Part shown: positions 1 to 15,300 of the stretch, piece by piece
Layout of the letters: each line of letters opens with the position of its first letter
Numbering within the stretch: the stretch's first letter is position 1
Origin: Intoshia linei
Taxonomy: Eukaryota > Animalia > Orthonectida
Reading direction: 5' to 3'
Assembly (NCBI GenBank): GCA_001642005.1
Contig: LWCA01000293.1
Location: forward strand, 1-33,319
DNA length: 33,319 nt
The notes under the pieces: generated by a model
What the model was told of the DNA's origin: nothing
Database searches by the model: none
Seen by the model: only the letters and a program-made list of their open reading frames with translations
Made by a program: the position numbers and the translations under genes

Positions 1-386
1 TTGTCATCATTTTAAATATTTTATGCTGTAAAAATAAACTGCTTTACAGTAAAGATAATATTTGAGTAAAGTTACTCTTTAGTTTATGCTAACATATAGA
101 TGCTGTTTATTAAAAAATTCTTATTGAGTTAGAAATAATCGAGAATTTTGAAATTAAAATAGTAAATATCATATTGTCTTATACATGTATGTATATTGTA
201 CTATGTTATATAAAAATAATCACGTCCCGTGATTTAAGGAAACACAAAAATTACAAAAATGAACATACGTTAACAGTTGATGTTATAGGGCATGCAACAA
301 TCAATATTCACTCTTTGAATATGCATATTATAGAATACATATTAACTAATAGTATCTAATTAATATATCATAACCTATTCATTCAG

Positions 387-3300
387 GAAGTAAATTTTTA
401 GTTACATTAATATAAAATTTATACACATTAATGACAAAAAGTATCCAATTTCTGATTAAAGAATTATAACCAATGAAAATAGACAGTAAATTATTTATTT
501 AATTTGTAGGCCTTGCCTATTGTAAATAAATTTGAATAATTCACAAACGACCTCGGAAAATTAGCATTTACATGTTAATAATATTTTTTAGCTTGTAAGA
601 TATTAGTCATCTTAATTTTTGATGGAGTCATTTCGGTTCATGTTATTTTTTTTATTTATCCATGTTTAGTATGTAATTATTTTCCTTTTATATTTAGTCG
701 AAAATATTTCCTATTAAAATAATTATAAAAAATTTACTATTTTAATTTAGACAGTAACGATTAAAACATCAATTTATTTACCTTTCATTTTTTTTTCATT
801 TTTATTTTAAATAGATGGTATTTCAACATAATAGCTTAATTAATAATGTCTAATACAAAAATTTAATAAAACAATAAAGTCGGTAAATTATTACTTACTC
901 ATCAAAATATTTAAAAATTTAAAATGTGTATAATTTTATCTGTTAAAATTATTTAACAATATTTTATAGTTGGTATAATTATGCATAAATATTTGATGAT
1001 AAAACTACAGGCATTATTTTTTTGTATTTTAATTTGTAATTTTTAATATTTAAGATAGTAAATATTTAAAATACATTTAAATGTATTTATGCAAAATATG
1101 CAAAAAAAAAATAAAATAAAAGAATAATAAATAAGAAATAAAAGAATAAAAGAAAAAAAAATAAAAATATAGTGATAATTATATTTGTTATGGATTAACT
1201 ATAATAAATGATATTGATAAATCGGACAAACAACAGTGTTTTTTATGTTTAAAGCTTTTTTCTAATTCTAATTTAAAGCAATTTTTAGCCATTCTAGATC
1301 ATTTTATTACCATAGTTACATATTAAATTTTTTCGAATTTAAGTTTTTTAATTTTTGCCGATACCAAATCGAATTTTATTGAATTAAGGGGTCCCAATAG
1401 AAAAAGGTTAAGAAACCGTGATCTAAGATGTATCGCTCTAACTATACATGACTCAAATTAATGTCGCTTAACTATGTTTGCCATTTTTATTTATTAATTT
1501 TTTACTCAGCTAGTAATGAATACATATATTCTAAAATTTCATTATCTTGTGTATATTGTATTGTTATATTGCAAAATTTTGATTTAATTTCACATATGAT
1601 GCCATAAATGTAATCCAAAACAGTTTGTAATTTACACTATTTTTATTATTAAAAATATCTGTAACACGATATATGATATAAAAATGATAATAATTGTATA
1701 CATACAGTGTATATTGTAAATGTGTATAAATTTAGATGGTACATATTTTGGCGGTATTATAAATATTTTGAATTATTATGTTACATATAAAAGTTAAGAT
1801 TGAACTTAACCAAAGGGAAATTGTGGTTTATCAAACCCTGAAAATTATACATATTTTAGAATTAATATCTATTGCACTATCTATATCTAATAAACATGGT
1901 TTATGTATGATATTAACAGGAAATATACATTTATAATGAAACACAGATGGTAAATTTAAATATTTAAAACTACTCATATTGAACTTTCATCTACTACATA
2001 GCGAGTAAATCCAATATTCAAATATTTTAAACCTTTTTGCCAAGTTTTAAATTTTTTTAGCTTGAAAATATGTTTTACATATTAATTATATAATGTCATT
2101 TATTATTATTTAGAGAGTATATAATGTTATATAATGAATATATGTAAAATTACTGTGAGATGTATTCATTTATGATAATTTCAATAATTATTAGAAAGTA
2201 AATAATAATAAATACATAATAATATCACTATTAAATAAACTCTATTTATATTTGACAATTGTAGGCAGTATTATATTAATTCATCGTATTTAATTTATTA
2301 TTTATATATTCTGTTAATTTAAAGAGGGTACATACAAATTACATACAATTACTTTTAATATTACATGATATACAAATGTAGTATATATAATTATTAACAT
2401 AAATATTTATCAATACATGTAGACGGTTATTTCATTTATTTTTTATAAATGATATACTGAATAGATTTTAATACTCTATTTAGAAATTAATGAAATTGGT
2501 AATTTAAAAATATTTATTTTTATTTAAATTATTTTAAATTACACTAATATTTACCATTTTATCTATCAATTATCTAATTTTATTCTAGAAAGTAAATAAT
2601 AGTCTTTAAAGTTTAAAATATGAAATGATAAAATATTATTTGAATATAACATTTTTTAAATTTAAATTTTTAAAATTTTATTACATTTTGTCAATAAAAT
2701 TATACATTATATTAATTTGCGTTTAGTACAAGAAAAAAAATGTAATTTTGATAAAAATAAATAGACAAACGTATAATATAAATGTTTTTTCAAAGTTCTA
2801 AAAAGATATACAAAAAATCTAATCAGTCAATATTACTAGTGTTCAAAACCAGTTTTTTTCATTTCAGAAAAAAACATAGTTTGTAGTATCATAACCGATT
2901 TATTATATACTTATTATCATTCAAATCGTGATTTTAAAGTTAAAGGAAAAAGAATTTTATGTGGCTAAATAATTACTAAATTCATTAAAAAAAATTTATA
3001 TGCAGAGGCATAAGATAAAATTAATATCTGGTTTATTATATTTAAATAATTCAAATTAATTAAAAAATCGCAGTTTCCCGCTTTACACGAAAAAAATAAA
3101 AATTTAATTTATTGTAACATTTATTGTGTTGAGTAATGTGGACTATACTTACAAGTTTATATATTTATCTTAAGAAATGTGCCCTAAGTCAAAAATAGTA
3201 GATAATAATATAATGAGTGAGTATTTAAATTAAATTAAAGATTTGAATACACCTAGAAGAAAAAAATTGTAATAAAAAAACATTTATAGATATATAGAAT

Positions 3301-6300
3301 AAAAAACGAATAAAGTGTTTTTATAAGTCAAGCTGAATAGACTATTAACGATAAAGCCGTTGAGTTTTGAATGAGAACTTATATTTTCCAAATTATCAAA
3401 CTTTCTATGTCAAAAAAGGATTAAATTAGACTCGTTAGTGCTTGACGCAATTTTATTTTTACTATAGCTATAGCTATAAATTAGCAACAATTTTCTAGTA
3501 TAGTACCGACGCGATATTCTGAAAAAAATTCGGAAACTTACCACAGTGTTAAATTATTGCTATATTGCAATTACAATTATATTCTTATAAGACACTAGGT
3601 TGACTGATGTGATGACTGACAGCACCTAGCTCTGCCGAGGGCCATTTTCATTATACCAAAAAATTTTGCTATTCACTACTATCAACTTTTTAAAGGAGTG
3701 GTTACCGAATTTATTTCAGGTGGAACCGTCATATCACATTACTTTTGACTTTAAAGTGAATTATTCTATCTTAATTTTTTTTGTTAACACATTTACATAA
3801 AGAATTTTAAAAACAATTGTTATTTCATTTTTTTAATTTATTAGACAGAATGTGTGCATAATATTAAAAATTAAATAAAAACAATCCAATCCTAAAATTT
3901 GTCATAACTAGCATAAATTTCAAAAAAAATAAAATTATAAAAACCTATTTTGTCATTTTCAATGTGATAATATGTATTCAGTAACGATTTAATAAATATT
4001 TAAAAATACAAATTATGTATCAATAATTAACGGAATTAGCACTTTATAAACATATTTCATGTGAATTTTACCAATATTGCAAAGGATTATAATAAATATA
4101 AAAATGATAATAACAAAGTTGTATTACTGTTAGTAATTCGTTGTTGTAGTTTTAATTTAAATTTTATACAAAAATATTTTGAAAATGAGAATTTGAGATT
4201 TAAAAATTGCGTAGCAATGAAAAAAATTCCGAAGGAATAAATTATATAGATTTTCACACATATTACTTAATTGGAAATGTGTAGATCGTCAATACACATT
4301 TTTGTTGAAATTGTAGGATCAATATTTACATTTTCAATTTTTATTTTAATCGAAATATTTTGAAAAATAATGGTAGATAATATATTAAAAATTATTTTTC
4401 ACCGGGAATGCGTAGATTTCTGGGGTTGAACTTTTGTATTTATATCAACTGGAATAAGCTTTATCAGACTAATCTTTATTTTTAATTTTCGGACCCTTAA
4501 TTAATTCACATTTTTTGTTTAATATATAATAATTCCAAAGTAATTAATTAGAGTAATTAAAGTTCAGATAATTAGAATTTAAACACATAAAGGTGGGTTA
4601 AAGTAATTAAGATGTGTCAATACTGATAAATTATTTTAAAATCATTGTAAACTATTATATTTTTCAATATAAAATAATACAATAAATAGATAGTAAATAA
4701 AAAATTTTTCAATATTTTGTTTATAATGATTTTAACTAAAATTTTGTAGTGAGTAATACATAAAGGAGTTTAGTACATTATATATAAAGTGTATGTTTTT
4801 AAATATTTTTGCAATTTTATATTTAACATATTATAGCTGGTATTCTTATGTAATGATACTACTTATATAAATGACATCCTATGAAAGGTATAATTTATCG
4901 AGTTGATAAAGAAATATTTTATTGAGAATGGATATGCAATGGAAATTAATATCCCTTTTGAATTATTTTGGAATGTATTGTCTCATCACTTTCTAATGTT
5001 AAAATATTATTAATAATGTTATTATAGTCAGTAAATATAAGTTTCATAATGTAGTTATTTATCATTATTATTAATTATATATTATTGTTTTACATCTTAA
5101 ATAAATGATCTAAATGAAATGGTCAACCAAAATTTATTGTTACTACATCAGTATTTTTTGCTCTATTCTATATATCTATATTAATCATGATGAAATGAAT
5201 ATTTAATATACATTTTAAAATTTAGCTGGTAAATACTTTATGTATACATAATAATTGTATAAGTTACATATAATATTGAAGAACATTTAAAATACATTCA
5301 ATTAAATTTATTCTGAAATGATTTCATATGTTCATATTCATAGAAAGTAATAAATTCCATTATGAAAAGATTTTATTCTTATATAATCTTCACGTAGAGA
5401 GTAATATATATGCAAAATTACAAAATATCAATATAATTTTTTCGATTAATTTTATATTATGATATAATTAAACATTTACAACATCAAAAATAATGTTAAA
5501 AAACTAAAACACTAAAACACTGTAGCCAGTAAATACATATTATGTATAATAATCATTATTTTCCTTATTCTAGATTATTGTATACATTATAACATGTTAT
5601 TATTTAGAACGTAATTATATAAAACATTTGTATTGCTAATCAGCATATTGTGCAATTTACCAGCAATTAAAAAATCAGTATTTAAATAAAAATTAAATAT
5701 TCATTAAAAATTAAACATTAAAATTGATTTTTTTAAATTGAGTAAATATTAATGAATTTAATTAGATTGTAATTTAATTATTTCGTATAAATTAAATTCT
5801 AAATTATAATTTGAAGGTTTTCATAAGATGAAAAACCAAGCTGACTAGAATGAGAAATAACTAAAACAGCAATTACATGTAGATCGAAAATGTATGAAAA
5901 AAATTGAAAATTTCAGTCTCGTGAAATTATATTATAGTATTCAAAATGTCTGCATTTTTTCTAATTTTATTTAATTTTAACTCAAATATTCAAATATATT
6001 TTACTTACAATTAACTACTCGTAAAAAGCTTGTGTTATTAAAATTGTAATAAATGCATATGTATTACTACTAATATATTAGTAGTTGTGACATTTTAATT
6101 TTAATTTGTAGTTAACAAATTAAATTCAAATTAATAATACATGTATTTAAAATCATTCAGTAAGTAATATGTTTTATATTTTAACTTTTTAATAATTTTA
6201 TTATTATTTAATTTAATTTAATTATTTTATTAGGGCAAGTTTTTGAAATTTTTTTAAAAAATTATAAACATGGCCCTAGAGTCTAGGGTGTGAATTTTAG

Positions 6301-9300
6301 TTGTTTTTTTGGAAATTTTATAGATAGGAACGTATAAATTCGCGTATGACAGTTTTATGGCTACACTGAAAAAACTTTTCAAAATTCCAATATATTCGTT
6401 AAATTCCTCAAGTCCCACCAGTCGGCCTAATCCCACGTTTAGAAAACAATGATCTATTTTTTCAATTTTATTGTGGTGAATATAAATTTTAATAAGATTT
6501 TCATTTTTTTTGCAATATTTTCAATTTTTTTGTAACTTTTTAGTAGCTCTAATAATAACCTAGTTATAATTATGTATTGTACTAATCATTTAGCTTGTAA
6601 ATAATTTATTTTATAATAATAGTAGACATCACAGTTACCTATAATATTATTGTACAATTATAAATCTTATATAGACGTTTCCAGTAAATTTTCCGGCTTC
6701 TAGAGAGTTACCATACTTTGCTGACTAAATTGGGTTTAATGCCAAATTAATTTTTTAATATTGTTTCGTTCCATATATTTATACGTTTTATATATATATT
6801 TACATTATAAACAGTAAGTAAATTACACTTCATGTTTAATATAAAATTAATATTTTAAATATGATTTCATAAACTGAAAATAGGTTGTAAAATATATTTC
6901 AATTTTATTTAAACTAATTAATACGAATCGACGGAAATTAGTACATTGGAATTTATAATATGAAATTTTTATACTTTCTACGAGTTTATAATATCATTTT
7001 ATTTCCAAAATACATTTTGCGCTAGATGCGTGATATATAATGGATGTGACATATGTAGTACTTTAAATACTCAATGTATTAATAGTATATTTTATTTATT
7101 AAAAAATTATAGATTGTAATTTTATACTGTATAATTTATATCGTATTTCTTAATTTAATGTCTCTCGCGCCCTATTTTTGTAATTAAAACATTGCGCAAC
7201 CCGGTTACAAAATCCTGCTGTACAGTAATATTTTGCAGTATAAAATTTTTATGCTATAATTACAATTATATAGTATAATTTTATTTAACCGAATAAACTG
7301 AAAAACCACTTTTTTATTATTTCATAAGAAGTGACTTGAAAAATATCACGCTTCGATATAAAAACTCCTATTTTATAATTTTACGTGCCAAAATCCTTAC
7401 ATAACTTATACTAAATTTTACATATATTTTATACAATGTATACTATACATGTATAATTAGAAAGTTGATTATATTGAATATCTTATATTAGTCGGTAATA
7501 TAAAGTGGTTATTGTATTGTGTACTGAGTCTCAAACATTTATAAATTTAAATTTAAAATAATTTAGATGAATGTAATACAATTAAATTGATTCATTATAT
7601 TTTATATTTATTGGAATAATTTTTTATTTTAGTCGGTAATTTCCAATAAATTTTTAAAAAATTTTTTAATAAAAAAAATGTTAAAAATTAAACTTTACAT
7701 TAAATTAATTTCAATTAGGATGTAATTACGCTACAATATACATATATAAATATATGTACTACTGTCTTTTCTCGATTATAAGCAGACCCCTGAAATACAA
7801 ATTTTCAGTGAAATTTTATACTAAATAAAATTTGAATATAAGCGCAGTTTCTGCTTGTATTCGAAAGAAAGAACTTTAAACAAAAAATAGACAACATATC
7901 AATTTATTTTTAAAAATTAACTTTCTTCATACAATACAATGTCTAATTTGAAGTTTTGCTTTCACCATATACAATATGTTGTTTATGCAATTCGTTGAAA
8001 GTAATCAGAGTTTCAAATTTTTTAGAAGCAACAAAAAATTCATTAAGATAAGGTGATTCGGAAGTGTTTTTAATATTTTCAATGTACTTGTAATGATTCA
8101 ATATTTGAAAGTAAGCTTTAATGATCAAATGTTTAAATTTAAAATACGTTTACAATTAAGTTATGTTGATTGTGATTATTGTTGTTATAGTGATTGTTTA
8201 TAAGGTAATAGCTAGATATTAGATATGATAGTGGTGTATGAACACTACAGTACTCATAATTAATGATATCAAGCGGAACCAAATATTCTTTAAGTCCTTC
8301 ACAGACCTCATTTTTTCATTTATAAGTTTCATCTCAAACAAATAGATTTTGAGAATACCCCAATATGTAATTTAATACAAATTTAACGAGTTTTTAAAAT
8401 ATAAAAGCAAACTTTTAGTGTATTTTTTATATTTTTCAAGGTCTGCTTAAAAGTCTGCTTGTTTTTGATTATAAGCATTTTTCCTTCTACTCTCGAATAT
8501 GAAAAGACTTCTTATAATCGAAAAAAGACAGTAGCTTATGATAAAATCATACCTAATTTTTGTAACTTGTTACAAAATAGGGGGTAAATAATATTGATAT
8601 TAACTAAATGTATTATATTTAATAATTATAATGATTTTATAATAATTTCAGCTTGTAATACATAATAATTAATTTTGTTTACAATTATTTAGCATTTACA
8701 TTTTACATCAATTAAATTTTTTAGTTGGTAATAATATATCGATTATTAGCCATTTTCAAATTGAATAATAAATAAGTAAACACAACTAATATACTGTCAT
8801 ATAATTTTAGAAAGTATATTTTTTAATTAATCTAGTTTATAAAACATTATTTTCATGTCTGAAATGATTATATAATCATGAACGCTTAGAAAGTAATTAA
8901 TATTATTAAGTAATAAAGTAAATAATTATAATACTAAATATTTGTACATACTAATAATACTAATTAAAATGAATACTATAATAATTATGTGTAAATACAT
9001 GCATGTATTATTATTAGCTAATTTTATGTATCTGAATACTTGTAAAGTCGTTAAAAGATTGATTTATATTAATAGTGTGTAAATATACATTTTTTTAGAT
9101 AAAAACTTTGTATAACATAGTCATAATAAATTTTAATACAAATAAATACAACATAATTATATTCAGATTGTAAGTTTTTTAATATACATGTATTTAATTG
9201 TTTTGTCTTTATATTGAATTTGTTAATGTGTTTTATTTATATGAAAGATTGTAATCATTTAATACGTTTATTAGATTAGTGTATTACTGTGGTTATTAAC

Positions 9301-12300
9301 TTTTTTGTGTAAAGCACCGTTGAAGGTTTATAATAAAGAAATAAACTCAAGATAATTTTTAACCTAATATATAAAGTGGAATGTTTGGGTAAGTATTTTT
9401 TTGATTTATTTCGAAATTAAATTAAATAATACATTTTTTATAAAGAATTTTAAGACTGGTATTATCATTAAATCTATCGTTCATGTATTTCAAATGAAAG
9501 TGGAGCCTCCACTATTTATTCCGTTATTCATATTTTAACTATTTGCAAAATAATTTTCAAAATTTAATAAAATTTTGCATGTCTTAATTCCCTGATAACT
9601 AAAATAAAATTTCAAAAAATTTACGAGTTCCAGAATTATAAAACTTATGAGTACCACAAACATAACATTTTATATGCTAAAAGTAAAAATAATTTTTATT
9701 GCAGTAAGTTTGGAAATTTTTTTTTCTAGTTAGTGCATGAATACTACTGTAGTTCACTAAAAAACTGTACACATCATATAATATCGATAATGTTATCAAA
9801 ATCAATAATAAATAGTCAGTAAATCATTAATATATTAATTTTATCATATATCATATATGTATGTCATTGAAATTATAATTGTGTTTATGTACAAATTTTC
9901 ACGTCTATCGAAGAACCAAATACAGTCATGCAGTAGAATTGGTGTATTTAAAAAAATATAAATTAACATAATAACCCCATAATAATCAAAGTATATATCC
10001 TTGAAAGTGAAAAAATTTGAAATTTTTAATATAATTCATGGATAAGTAAATATTATCGATATTACCTGAAAAAATGGGCATGTAAATCAATTTTATGATA
10101 GTTTTTATTATTTTAAATAACAAAAAATAAAAATGTACATTGTACAATAATAGTAAATCACACGTTTATTGTAAAAAAAAAACTGATGGGAGGTATTTAT
10201 TTAGCTAAAACACTAAACCTTACAAATAATACATTTTTAATTAGTTGGTAAATTTAATATAATATATTATATTATTTAAAATACATACTATGCAGTTAAT
10301 GTATTGCAGTCAGTTCATTATATTCTCAAATTTTAAGTAGACTCAAAAATAATTGAATAATTATAGTAAATATACAGTTAATTTAATATTAAGTCATTAT
10401 GAGTGTGTTACGAAATTAATTTTGGTTTTATTCTAAAATAATTAAACACTTTTCATTTTTTATATTGATACTCAAATAATATTGAATTATTAATACTATT
10501 AATTTACAAATTACGATTAATAGTTTCTAATAATTATTAGTAAACCAAATATGTTTTCCTCTGAAATTAATATTGGATAGAAACCACTATATGTCTATGT
10601 ATGTAATATAGAAAATACTAAGATCTGACTGTAAATAAATGGTTCAGTTTGTTTATATTGATTTCCAGATGGTATATTAATTTTGATGAAAACATTACAT
10701 TATATTTTTAATATAAATTTTTGAATAAAATAATATTAACAATAATAATGATATTATAGATCGTAAATTTATATTACACTTTACAGATTATGGATAATAA
10801 ATTATTATAGATCTATCAATAACTATTGCCTATTAGTTTGTAATAAATATTTAAACTTTAAAAGTCAGAATTTTTATTTTGTTAATAAAGTAAATAATGC
10901 CAATTTTCAGTGTGTAATTGAATAGTTATCATATTAATATATTATTATTAGTATTATTATAAAATAATGTTAATAAATTCTAAAAAATATGAAGGTATTA
11001 CCATTTTTATGTGTAGTTGGTATTAAATTTAAAATTAAAAAATATTAGTGATATATATAACAATTGGATACCTTTTTATAAAGTATATTTGGTAAATAAA
11101 GGGATGCAAAGTAACCATAGACTTTGGATATATTGAATAATTATAATTCACATTTTTATTTTACCAAAAAAATAAATTCACGTTGAAAATCTAGCTTAAA
11201 AATCCTACTATTGACTATTATCAATCCTTTAAAGGAGTGGTTCCCAAACTTGTTTCAGGTGGAACCGTCATATCACATTACATTTTACTTTAAAGTGAAT
11301 TATTATATTTTAATTTTGTTTGGTTAACATTTGCGTAAAGAATTTTAAAGACATTGTTATCACATTTTTTTAATTTATTTTTTTTTATATCAACTGGAAT
11401 AAGATTTATCAGAATAATATTTTTGTTTATTTTTCTGACTGTTAATTAGTTCACATTTTTTGATTGAAATTTTTTTGTGGTTTAACAGGATACAACTGTA
11501 CGACCTGTAAATTTTTTAAATTCTACTGCTATTTTCATTAAAAAAAGGGTCATTTGTGGTTTTGGCCCTAAAGATAAATTTTTTTTTAATTAAATTTATA
11601 ATAATATTTATGATTTTAAAATCCGTATCAGAGTATATATTTTTTTAATTTCTCGAACTCGTTTGATTTTCAAAAAAAATAAGAATTTGGCTTTTTGACC
11701 ATGTAAGATGTGAGTTACGGAGGTTGAAATTTATTTTGCTAACACCAGAAAAAAATTTCATTGAAATTTGGACTTTATAAAATTCTAACACAGGTAGTTA
11801 CTGAAATAAACGATGACATACACAGACAAACAAAGCATATTATATAAGTAATAATTATATTTATGAATGCTATACCTTGTTTCATTGAAACAGTATTTAT
11901 TAAATTGGAATTGTTTTATGATAAAAATTTTTAGTTGGTACAATAAATTTGTTTTTTATATGTAAAATAATAAATATGTTAATATATTAATGTATAAATA
12001 TGTTAGTCAGTAATGATTTAATATTATTATAATAAATATTATTATTAGTGTATATGTATATGTAGGTTACAGGCAAAATTCAAATTATACACGTTTTATT
12101 TGTTAAAGCAAGTATATTAAAACATTAAGCGTTGATAAATATTGGGAATATTATGAAAGATTGATAAAATTACAAAATAATGTAAATGAACCCAGAATAA
12201 AAAATGATTGGAACATTTTGAACTTATTTTTTAATCTATTATTATATTATATTTTATGTTAAATTAATTAATTAGGTCAAATTTTCAAATTTGAATTATT

Positions 12301-15300
12301 ATTCACGTTGCTTGTTAAAATTTGAAAATTGCCTGTAACATATATACTTCAGCATCATTGATATTAATAATAAATCATTTATATATATCATAATTTAGAA
12401 GGTAAAATTGATATTTTAATATAACGTAATGTGTTGTTAATTATGTTTACATTCACCAATTTAGCTTGTAATATATTTATGTTTAATTAATGGAAGCATA
12501 TACTTATTAAATATATTAATTTATGCAATATTAAGCAATTAAACAATATTTAAATTTTAAATAGACATTTTTAAATAATATTTATTCAACAATTTACAAC
12601 AATATTAATTACATTAAATTTCGAAAAAATATGTCATTTCTTAGTTTGTAAATTTATGCATTCATTTATAATTTTAATTTATAAATGCATGTAAATAATT
12701 ATTAAAAATATGAAATACACGTATATTTCCTTATAGATTGTAAATTTGAAGATAATAAAAAATTTCATTAATTTTTCCATAATTTAAATTTAAAATTTTA
12801 ACAATATATTGACACTTTATTTAAGATGGTATGTGATTTAGAATAATTTTATTTTTATTTGTGGATTCATTTTTTTAAATAATTGGCTTGATAGGAAGTA
12901 TGTTTTATATTATTTATGAATTATTAATCATAATTTATGATATATCAATTATGAACGTACAATATACTATTAAATTAATTTAATTTATTTTTTCAATAAC
13001 CGAATATACTTTATTAATAACTTAATACAATTGTCAAAAAATACGAATTTCTTATAATTAGATGGTATTACATTGTATTAATTGTATTGAGTAATATAAT
13101 TTTATATTCAAACTATTTTATTTAGATATATATATATATGTATTTATACAATTAATTATTTCAGACAGTAATTTTTATAAAAATGAAAATAAATAATAAT
13201 ATAAATCATACATAACAAAAAATGTGAGATAAAAAAATTTTTATTATTTTATATATATTTATTAGAAAGTAAAAATTTAAACTTCAATTTTCGACTTATC
13301 TTATAAATTAATAATATAATTAATAATATTAATCATGTCATTAATATATTAATACTATCAATCAATATTGATTAAATAAAAATTTTTTTTAAAATATAGT
13401 CAGTAAAAAATACACTAAACTACGTTTTAAATCAGCGGTTCATAAATGCAAGTTCAAGGTCACTAAAAATCATTATTAATAATTATTAATTACATATTCA
13501 CAGAAAAAAATTAAAAATTTTAACATTGAACCAAGAACGTACATATTTTAGTAATTATATTAAGTGGCAGTGAAAAAATTAATGTATAACTATGATTTCA
13601 AATTGCGATAATTATCGATTTGTAATGTAAAAAATTTTGAGAACTCTTGTTTTAAACAATGATTATGATAATGATAGTGTGTATAATGCAAAATTAAATA
13701 GAATGTAAATAATTTCATAAATAATAGTGTACAATTGTATATTATAATTTTGAATAAAAATAAATATTTTTATCGCAATAACTGATATGTAAATCGATGA
13801 TAAACAAATATTACCTTTTATTTAGCTTTTAACATACCAAATGTATATTAACAAAGTATATTCTTACGTGTATATTTAGTGTGTAATTTTAATTCAATTA
13901 ATACATGTGTATCATTGAAATATGTAATACATTTTGAACTCGTAAATATATTTCTTTAATTTACATAATATTATAGCCAGTAAATATTTACAACAGATAA
14001 TACAGTTTCCGGTAAAGTAGGTGGCGCGCCACCCATTTTAACTTTATATAACTACTATTGAATTAGTGAATGGAATGATAATGCGAATATAAATATACAT
14101 AATATTTATTATTTTATGCAATATACAATGTATTGCAATAAATATGTAAAATGTATATTATAAATGTAGTAGGTATTAATATATGATTTAAAATTTAAAA
14201 AATGTAATATATATTTATTTTTTTTTATATTCACGCTAGCATGTATATTTATTTTTACAATTCAGTAGACACTAGAAAAGTGATCACACGCAACGATTAG
14301 TCATTTAGTACAGGAACCAATACCATACTACAGAGTTTTATAAAACTTAAATCTTAAAAATTCTTCTTCTACAAATTCTTCTGGAACAAATTTTAAAATC
14401 ATTAACATTTTCAAACATTTTAACCTCAGAAATTTACACTATCATTGTCAACACCTCAAATTACCCCTTTGTTTGAAAATGAAAATAAATAATCAAAGAA
14501 TTATATATAACATAAATTCTGGGATAATTTTTAAAATCATAAACATTATCATAAATCGCAACCTCAAAAACTAACAGTTTCGCGATTAAAGCCTTAGATA
14601 ACACTTTTTTTAAAAAATGAAAAGTCTAAGAATTTTTTAAAAATTGCAGCTCATAGTTATTTTCAGTAATCATGATAAAAAAATAAAAAATTTAACTATG
14701 ATTTAATTTTTTTAAGGGTGTATAGTAATTTCTATAGTCAAAACAGTCATAAAGTCAAAAATCTGCCTTAAATAGTTATTCAAAAAGTTGGTTCTCTGCA
14801 GAGCTAGCTACTGTTTGAACCAATTTTTTAATACATAACAGTTTATCTGATTCTAACTAATGTGTAATAAATGCATCTAATTAATATTTCATTGGTTGTA
14901 GAAAGGTTTCTATAACAATGTGTCATTTTCGAATCTACTGAATTAATAAAAAAATTAATTTATTTTTTTAAAAAGGAAAATTTGGGACATCATTATTTGG
15001 GATTGTGATATCATCTATGGGATTAAATGTCATTATAAGCACATTTTAGATCGTAATTATATTCTGTACAAAAATTTATCAATTACCAAAATTTATATTA
15101 CATTGAACAGATATAAATAATATTAAAAAACAATAATTATAATTAATAATAAATGTTATGATTGTATTAATAACAAGTACTGATCATTATAAATTTAGAA
15201 AGTAAAAATTAAATTTTTACAAAATTATTAAAATAGAATATGTAAAAAATTACATTGATACAAACAATTACATTATAGTATGTAATACATATATTTATTA

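Noticed and set aside
7461-7463. Candidate micro-exon ttag|AAA|gttg
   Set aside because: Weak donor, only 28 nt from the next exon, and it would create an in-frame TAA. The exclusion partly relies on the frame, so it is flagged as a caveat.
8528-8530. aag|ACA|gtag motif
   Set aside because: Part of the transposon TIR and TA target site.
9705-10630. Weak candidates with GTT/GTG donors or GAG acceptors (e.g. 9705 TAA, 9730 TTA, 10404 TGT)
   Set aside because: Cannot be told from background without cDNA. Some may be real.
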